64,000 bases of DNA from Lama guanicoe (taxonomy: Eukaryota), in the NCBI GenBank assembly GCA_013239625.1, contig MU054391.1, positions 6,655,824 to 6,719,823 on the forward strand. The letters are read 5' to 3'. Both the position numbers and the translations under genes were made by a program. Under the pieces are notes generated by a model. That model was not told where the DNA came from, did not search any database, and saw only the letters and a program-made list of their open reading frames with translations. Every line of letters starts with the position of its first letter. Position 1 is the first letter of the stretch. This document shows, one piece after another, positions 56,501 to 64,000 of the stretch.

Positions 56501-59500
56501 TTTATAAGGCTAAGAAAGCCTTTTGAATGGCAGGCAGTTCATTCTGCCAGATCTGTGAGATGATCTGAGCTGTTTATTTATACATCTTCAGGGTGGAGGA
56601 AAAAGGGAGGGGAGGTGCCGCCTGGGCCCTGTCTGCCCTGAGCACCATGAGAGGGTGGCATGGATTGGTGGGACACTCCCCGTGTCCCCACCCCCTGGGT
56701 GGCCTGGGGCACATGCCACGAGCCCAGCCCTCTAAGCTGCAGGTGCCCCGCCTGTGAAGTGGGATAATGATGCCTGCCTGTCAGTGTTGTTTCCGGAACT
56801 AAAGTACCAGGAGCACAAGACAAACTGAGGAAGTGGCAGGGAGGGGCTTGGTGGCTCCTGTGCTAGAAGCCTGGCTGTGGCTGAGACGTGACCCTCTGCT
56901 GTTTGATCAGGTTGTAAGCCCCTGACTCAATTTCCCTCTACAGAAAGAGGGGTCACACAGCTGTACTGGCCCTCAACCCTTCAAGGTCAGCCCCAGCTGG
57001 TTAAGGGTTTTTGAAAACAGAGTACTTTAAGATGAAAAGCATTGTGTGATTTACTCTTTAAGTAAAATGCAACAGCTTATCTTTGAGCAAACGCTGAGGC
57101 AGGTGCTGATGCCAGCCCTGTAGGATCAGCAGGATGTCTGTTACCTCCTGCCTGTTGTGCTTACGGAGAGCGAGTAAGTAGGGCGGCCCTATTAGTGATG
57201 CATTTTTTAAAGTAGTAATATGTTCCAGATATTATATAGGACATACTTAGGCTAAAATATTATTTGTTGTTGATCTGAAATTCAGATTCAGCTGGGTGTC
57301 CTATGTTTTTACTTGCTCGTTCTGGTTGCCCTACAAATAGGTCGTCTCTAGGCTCTCCAGAGCTGCTCCGGCTGGTCCAGTTGTCCAACATGTACACTTG
57401 GAATGAAGTGCGATGGTACAAAATTGAGCAACATTAGTTTGAAATTTGGATTAGAGACAGTTGGAAAAAGAAGATCTCATCCACCTAGATCCAGGCTGCC
57501 TTTCTGGTCTTGACCAGGTTGCTAATATTCAATTCTGCTGACTTAGAGCACAAGGCATTGTCGATTTCAATCCCTTCATTTAAGTAATATTATTAATTAT
57601 AATCATAGCAACTTGTTGGGTCCCTACGATGTGCCACAAAGCAGTGAGAAGGTAGACAGGGCAAGAAATAAATCCATTTTGCACATAAGCAAACCGAGGA
57701 CAAGAGAAGGAGAATGACTTGCCCAAGGTCACAGCACAGGCTCCTGGCCGTCCCCTCACTGGCCTGGCCACTACCTCCCTGTGTGGCTTCTGCTTCTCTA
57801 GCTGGGCTCACTGAGCTTGTGAAAATCAGATATCACTCCCGCGATTCCCAGCGTGGCTCACCCCAGCTGTGTTATTTTGACACTGGAGTTGGTGGGAAAG
57901 GGGAAAATCAGTAAGCAGTTCCACATGACACCAGTTTTGCAGAACATGCCTGCTTTTTAACTTGAACCTAAGTGCCTAACTTTGGACATTACCCTGGAGA
58001 GAGGTCTGCATGGTCCAGAATTAAGCAGGCAGTTAAAGTCATATGGAATGATCCCAACCCTGGGATGTGTCCATGAACAGAGGATTCTTTGTCATTTTCT
58101 TCCATAATCTGCTTCTGTGCTTCTGGACTCCTAGCAGGTGTTCACTTGAACCATTTTTGTCTTTTCCAAGTCGGACAAGTCCTAGCAGAGCCACTTCCAG
58201 TTCCACACTGGGCTTATGTGGTAATGTCTGTGGTCCGGTTTGTTTCCGTGAGCTCGGGGCTGGGGGCGGGGGTGGAGCTGCCAGCCGAGCCACAGTTTCC
58301 TCCCTTAGCACTTGGTAAGCTATGTGTCTTCTTGGTTCATCCTCACCCTGCAGAAGTGGATCTTAGATCTGGCCATGGTGAGTAAAGCGCTCCGGGACAA
58401 GCGAGTGTGTACACAGCCGTCTGTCTTGTCTCTTCTTTCCATGTCACCTGCTCTGTGAAGAACTTTAGAGATCGAAGATTCCACCGGCTCATTTTCCCTC
58501 TGTACCAAAGAATAATGGGCTGAAAGCACAGTGCTAACCAAATATTAAAAGATCATATTCTCATTTAAATGTACAGGAGATTTTTTTTTTCAACTTCTTC
58601 TTTGGGGGGCTCTAGGGAACCAGATTGGAGAGGGAGGTCGAGTAGAATGAAGAACTGAGCATAAATTAAAGCATTTGGAGTTATTATCAGGTTAATAATT
58701 ACATATGGGCCACAAACTCATTATTTTTCTAACTTTGGCCTCCAGATATTTTTTTTCTTTCATTGGAAAAGGGTAAGCCCTATACTTGTTTCCTTCCTTG
58801 GTTAAGGGCCAGAAATTCCATGCTGTGAGACTAGGATTCTGGTCGTGGGTGGGTCAGGAAACATTCGACCACAGATCTTCTCTCCAAGGCAACTGATGTA
58901 AACTTCTCCACCCATCGGGAAAAGAAGGAGCAGAAATAATCAGTGGTCGCTGCCCGCCAGACCCTAACCTGGGCATTTCGCCCCATTTTCTCCCCTCAAC
59001 ATCTTGTCTGTGACCCTATCTTGGAAAGTAGACTTGACTCTCAACCTTGTGACCTGCAGAGAGCAGAGAAGTAGGGTGACCAGCTTAACAATGAATCATT
59101 TTTCAGTAGAATTACATTTCAAATATTGCACGGGACATACTTATGCCAAAAAATGATTTGTCATTGATCTGAAGTTCAGATTTAACTGGAGTGTTCTGTA
59201 TTTTTATTTGCTTCATCTGGCTGCCCTACAAATAGGTCATCTCTAAGCTCTTTGGAGCTGCTACTGTGGTCATGTGGGTGCAGGTCCTGTTGCTGGGGGG
59301 ATTAGGCTGTCACACGGCTGCAGTGAGCCTTCACCCTTAAGAACATTCGGGAATATTATAGTATAGGCTCGTCAGGGATCAGGTCCAAAGGTCCAAGGCT
59401 TAGGGTTTTCGTTTCTTCTGTTCCCTTCTCAGTGGCTGCTTTGTTCTGACCACATGTTGATGCTCCACTAGTTCACACTTCAGGCATGGGCTGCACACTC

Positions 59501-62500
59501 GGCCCTGAGCCGCCACTGTCCACAAAACTGTTCCGGGCACCTACTCTGGGTCCTCGCGACAAGGTGGTGGCTTGAGGGTCTTGGAGGAGAAAGAGGTCAG
59601 GTTTCAGAGCTCACACGGGGCAGAAAACCCTAGGATCCTGCAGGGGAGGGGTGCTGTTTGAATTCATGAAAAACCCAAGTTATAGAAGTTACAGTTCTGC
59701 TGCTTTCTAAAGCAAGTCCCAACTTGGACCGACACGTGGTTTCCACGGAAGTCCTAAACTGTGCTTTCACCATCAGATCAATGGATAATTCACATTCACA
59801 GCGTTATTCACAGAACGGTATGATTAAAGTAGTTACGCGCACAGCAGCCTAAGCATGCTTCTCCTTTCCAGGCCTGTTCTCTGCGAGACTCTGTGCTGTG
59901 GGAAAACCTGGTAATCTGCACTTGAACGTGTATAATAAGACTGTCCAGGCCTTGTTTTTCTCCCCAAAGGAAGCTGCTTCATGATTGTAAAGATGGTGTT
60001 TTCTCCTGGAAGGCACATCTGGTAGAGTGTGTAGCAGGCGCTGGTGGGCTGTCTGCCACTGATCTACCATCACATGGTCCTTCCCCTGATGCGAGTGAAC
60101 AGCGTCCTTCTTAAGTCCACAGATGGAGACCTCCCGCCCCCTCACCTGCACGTGTCAGTCCTGTGTGCCCACCTTGCCTCTCATTCCTCCCTCCTCTGTC
60201 TATTCAGGTCACCCAAATTGCACAGGAGCCTCTTTCCTTACAGGTCCCCCCACTTGGGCTCAGCCCTCTGAGCCATCAGCTAGCTCCCAGTGTAACCCAG
60301 GCCCTAACCCATCATCTGCCGGGGAGCATGCCCTACTGTCACCTTCTCTGCCATTCTTCCCGTCATCTCTCCTCCCCAACTCCCGCGTTCACTTACATCA
60401 TTGCATTTGCCAGGCTGCATTGCTGTTAAGGATTTAGTCACTCAACAAGGGCTTATCGGTGCCAGCCACCTGCCAGCACTGATCCAGGTGCAGGGGACCT
60501 GGCGCCCCCTCCACGGAGCTGTCCTTCTGAGGAGACGGGAGATGGTCAGGGACACCAGCCACATCATGCTGAAGCCGGCGGCCTTCTCATCCCTCATCTC
60601 TGTAGCATTGGACTCTGTAGATCGATTTCTCCCTGAACCACTTTGTTCACGTGGCTTCTAGGGCATCTCCATCCTGGTGTTCCTTTTGCCTGCTCCTCCC
60701 TGGTGTCTCTGCTGTTCCGCCTCATCTCCCCGCTTCTTCAGTGAGAGGCCCCAGGCCCCAGCACACTCTGTGCCAGCTCCCCCAAGCTCAGGTGCAGGAC
60801 TCTCCGAGGTCACCTGGCAGCACCGAGCTTCTGGTCTCCGGCCTGCGCCCCTCCTGCAGGTCTGCGCCTCCTGCAGCTTCAAGTCCCTTAATGGCGGCTC
60901 CATTCTTCCACTTACGAAGACCAGAAACATTGGAGCTTGGAATCACCCTTGATTTCTCTTTTCCTCACATCCCATAGCTAATCCCTCAGCAAATCCTATC
61001 AGCTTTACCTTCAAAATATACCCGGAATCAGAACACCCCTCACCTGCTCTGTTTCCACCTCCCCGTGCAGACTTGGATGACTTCGGCTCTTGCTAGCCAG
61101 TCTCCTGCTTCCACTTTGTCTCCCTTTGGGCTCCACTCAACCTGGCAGCTGAAGGGGGTGTTTCAGCTGATGGAGAGACTAGCAAATGGCAGCCTGGGCC
61201 CTGCTCAGGGTGGAGGGTGCTGTGTGGTGCAGCGGCAACGTGAAGGTCCCTTACCCCTGGGGGAGCAGAGGCCCCCAGCCTCACCTGTGGGTCCATTAGG
61301 ATAGCTCAGCTCGCTCCTTTGAGTTTATGAGTCTGTCAGTTCACAGCAGCGTAGTTTCTCTCCAGGTTCTAAAAACACAGTAATATCTGTATGTCCCTTT
61401 GTTATTGGCAGGTGGGGACAGATAAGCCTGTGTGGCCGTGCGGGTTCTTTTTTCTCTCAGCTTCAAACCAGCTGCAGCCCGCCAGTTAAGTTGCACACTG
61501 AGCAGTGGCATTGGTAGGGTGTCCATAAATGCCCCACTGTGGCACCCAGTCTCCATCACTAAACTTGATTTTTGCCCTTGTATTAGTTGCTTATTACTTG
61601 ACATGAAAATTGAGTTTCAAAAGCGCTTTCAGTATCTGGTGCTCTTTTGCTTTTGAAACTAAGGGACTCCTAACTTTCCCCTGTTTTATCTGCAAACAGA
61701 ATTTATGTACTTTCATCAGTGCGGCCAGTAAGTTTGCTCAGCTCCAATACCTGTGGAAGACCAGGGACTCGGGGGCCGTGAGCGCGCTGACGTGGGGCCT
61801 CGCTTCGTACACCTCTGCGAGTAAGACCGTGACTCTAATGGGGGGGTACCCTTTGCCAGCGTGGGGTGTCTACCCAGGAGTGCATTAACTTGGTGTCTAA
61901 GTGTCGTAGTCCCTTGAGCTTTAATCCTTTGCAAATAGCTATTCAGATAGAACTTCCTAGTATATCCACATTCACAAGGCTAATTTAATGCATACCACTC
62001 TGCATTTTATGCAAGATCTGTATTCCAGTTGCTAAAAAAAAAAGTGAAAGCACACTTTTCTCCAAAAATCTGGCGTAATATTAACAGTACTCTCTTGTTT
62101 GAAAAGCATGATATATTGTAGCCACTAACTTGTTTAAAAAAATATGAATGTTTATGATGTAACAGATTAAAGAGATGAGAATCATACATTGGCTTTTGAG
62201 AAAAAAACATAGTTTGCAGCAGTGGAGTTTTTCTGGAGCCACAATGTTTAGCCTCAACTTTAGAATTTCCTCTGTTCATTTGGATTCTTGCAGGAACTAT
62301 CTTAAATGCATATGCTATATTTAGGTAGGAACATTAAAAAAATCAGAGCTATCATGTTGATTAGCTTTATTAATTTAGATATTTGAGTTACACTTCTTCA
62401 TGTTTTTTTCTGTATTTTAAAGAACCAGTTTCTCCATCCAGGATCCTCTTCTACCCAAACCTTTTAAAAACAGTTAGCATATATTCTGGGATTTAAAATA

Positions 62501-64000
62501 GATATTAGCTAAATACCAAAATGTCTGAGAAGCAAGTTAATACTGATTGCTGAAAATTTTCTTTTACAGCCAGAATAATAACAACTTTAATGACCACCAA
62601 CGATCTTACAAGTAAGCAAAATATTTTTCTGCCCACTTCCTTTTCGAATTCTATGCCATTTGTGCCTCCTTCATTTGTATCTTGTCTTAGGGTTTAACAG
62701 ATCCACTTGGCCCCACTGGAGGCCAGCAACAATATATTACTGGTCTTTATCAGTCACCATTTATAGTATTAAGCATCGATTTGCGGTGCCTGGGATAGAA
62801 TATGCACAAGATAGTAGATTCCTTTCTTCATAAAGCTTCCACTCCAGCAGTGGAAATGAACACTGACATAATCACACGATTAACTACTGAAAAACATTGG
62901 GAAATGTATTTTGAAAGAACAGGACAGGATGAGCACCTAACAGGGGAATGTGACCTGTTTGGAGGGAGCTGGGAAGATTAATTGGAGTAAGAGTGAGACC
63001 TGGAAGAGGGGAGAGACTGCTACAAGGAGCAGCATGTGCTTGGACTCAGCCTTGGAGAGAGTACCAGTCGGGCTGGAGTGAGAGTGTGGGGGTGAGTCTA
63101 AAGAGGGGGAAGGAAGTGGTAGCGGCCAAATTGTCCAGAGCCTCAGAATTGCACACAGGCAGCAGGAAGGCTTTTGAATGCAGGGGCGTGGCATAATCAT
63201 TTGACTCCATGTCCTTGTTCTGTTACTTTTAAAGGGATACTGTGACAGAGGAGAAAATAAAATATACTTGGGCTAACCTAAAAAGAGTTTTCTAATTCCT
63301 TAGGCTGGGTTTTCAAATCCCAAATCAGGCATATACATTTTGGAAAAGTGATTCAAATAGATGGTGTCACCTATTCTATGAAGACTAGAACTATGTCCCT
63401 CATGTGTAGACCTTTCAAATACGTTAATTGTTATTTGAGAAATATTGCTACAGAACAGCACAAAGCATTTGCTAGTCCCTTCCCGGACGTTTTATCTTTG
63501 GCTCAAATGCTTTCTGTCTGCTCTGAGAGGACAGAAAGCATTTTGATTAGAGTTCTGGTCAAAGCATGAACTTAGGTCAAGTGGGAAAGGGAAAAGAGGC
63601 CAGAGTCTTCCCCACAGGACTTGAAGAATTTTCTGTTTAGAAAGAAGAGTCAACCATAATTAAACAACACAACAAATCTATGTGTTAAAAATTGAAAAGT
63701 CGAGACTGTTCTAATTGATTTGTTTTGTATCTAAGGTGACAGCGGTTCCTGAAAGTGATCAGTGTATCTGGGAATAACCGTTAAAAAACAGTTTAGCTAT
63801 CTTAGAAGTGTTTTATAACTACAAAGATACATTGAACAGTTTCTCAACAGTTCACATGGTCCATAGTTATTTCATTTGTGGAGGGAAGCTTTGTTTTGGC
63901 TTCTACTTAGAGCAGGAGCTGATTTTGTTTCATTATGTGACAACAGTATTCCTTAACACACACTTTCTCTTTTTTTTTGACTGATCTCAGTTCTTCTACG
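53180..64000 (+). CDS. SLC66A3: SLC66A3/PQLC3 PQ-loop (SLC66) membrane protein, 3'-partial; join(53180..53319,55500..55582,55666..55735,58320..58377,61700..61820,62570..62611,63991..>64000)
   Basis: Spliced translation MELLLGFCNWSTLGVCAALKLPQISAVLGARSARGISLPSLLLELGGFLVFLRYQWYYEYPLLTYLEYPILIAQDLILLLCVFHFNGDVKRAAPYIALYVSSWFILTLQKWILDLAMNLCTFISAASKFAQLQYLWKTRDSGAVSALTWGLASYTSATRIITTLMTTNDLTILL... matches recalled human PQLC3. PQ motif LPQI is present and all junction phases are consistent. Confidence 0.97.
55500..55582 (+). CDS. SLC66A3: SLC66A3 exon 2
   Basis: ctctccccag|G TTC CTG GTG...GCA CAA G|gtaacc; FLVFLRYQWYYEYPLLTYLEYPILIAQ. Confidence 0.96.
55666..55735 (+). CDS. SLC66A3: SLC66A3 exon 3
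   Basis: cctttcag|AT CTC ATC...ATC GCC CT|gtatccttt; follows an 83-nt intron and ends at a U12-type donor. Confidence 0.94.
55756..55843 (+). mobile_element. tRNA-Ala-derived SINE (Vic-1-like) at the start of the U12 intron
   Basis: GCTCAGTGGTGGAGCTAATGCTTAGCATGCATGAGGCCCTGGGTTCAATCCCCCAGTACCTCT plus A8. Confidence 0.85.
57179..57333. mobile_element. MER53-like hAT MITE, left arm partly deleted (copy 1)
   Basis: TAGGG...ggacatactta...tctgaaattcagatt...ctggttgCCCTA. Confidence 0.75.
58320..58377 (+). CDS. SLC66A3: SLC66A3 exon 4
   Basis: taag|C TAT GTG TCT TCT TGG...GCC ATG|gtgagt; YVSSWFILTLQKWILDLAM. Confidence 0.93.
59072..59228. mobile_element. MER53-like hAT MITE, same deletion (copy 2)
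   Basis: TAGGGTGACCAG...gggacatacttat...tctgaagttcagatttaactgg...CCCTA. Confidence 0.8.
60560..61160 (+). mobile_element. L2 fragment in SLC66A3 intron 4
   Basis: ttggaatcacccttgatttctct...cagcaaatcctatcagctttaccttcaaaatata. Confidence 0.65.
61700..61820 (+). CDS. SLC66A3: SLC66A3 exon 5
   Basis: caaacag|AAT TTA TGT...TCT GCG A|gtaag; NLCTFISAASKFAQLQYLWKTRDSG. Confidence 0.96.
62570..62611 (+). CDS. SLC66A3: SLC66A3 exon 6
   Basis: cttttacag|CC AGA ATA ATA ACA ACT TTA ATG ACC ACC AAC GAT CTT ACA A|gtaag; TRIITTLMTTNDLT. Confidence 0.95.
63991..64000 (+). CDS. SLC66A3: SLC66A3 exon 7 start (truncated by the window end)
   Basis: Polypyrimidine tract then ctcag|TT CTT CTA CG gives (I)LLR, continuing the expected protein in phase 1. 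Confidence 0.85.

Larger units (their letters stand above)
55736..58319 (+). other. SLC66A3: U12-type (minor spliceosome) GT-AG intron, SLC66A3 intron 3
   Basis: Donor GTATCCTTT is the U12 consensus. Branch-like TCCCTTAGC (58301-58309) lies ~10 nt before the AAG acceptor, with no polypyrimidine tract between them. Confidence 0.9.

Overview
Mammalian genomic DNA, most likely from a camelid (alpaca, llama or camel). That assignment is an inference from four tRNA-Ala-derived Vic-1-like SINEs. The first ~42 kb is intergenic and repeat-rich (old L1M, L2, CR1, MaLR/ERVL/ERV1 LTRs, Tigger1 derivatives), with several repeat-free blocks that may be conserved non-coding elements. Two + strand protein-coding genes can be rebuilt exon by exon with consistent splice phases. 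C2orf50/CIMIP5 has 3 coding exons (42967-48299, 154 aa). SLC66A3/PQLC3 has a CpG-island promoter and an ATG at 53180; exons 1-6 are complete and exon 7 is cut by the window end. Gene and repeat-family names come from recalled sequences, not database searches. I found no evidence for a previously undescribed biological system. The most notable observations are: (i) a U12-type intron in SLC66A3 with a SINE ~20 nt behind its donor and an apparent target duplication that copies part of the donor; (ii) overlapping U2-like acceptor and donor decoys at its 3' end, plus a perfect U12 branch motif in U2-type intron 6; (iii) two same-family solo ERV1 LTRs with 4-bp TSDs, one keeping CCAAT/octamer/TATA/AATAAA between the two genes; (iv) a local duplication of a deleted MER53 plus flanks on either side of exon 4; (v) an inverted MER21-like pair with a (GT)25 repeat that arose inside one copy.
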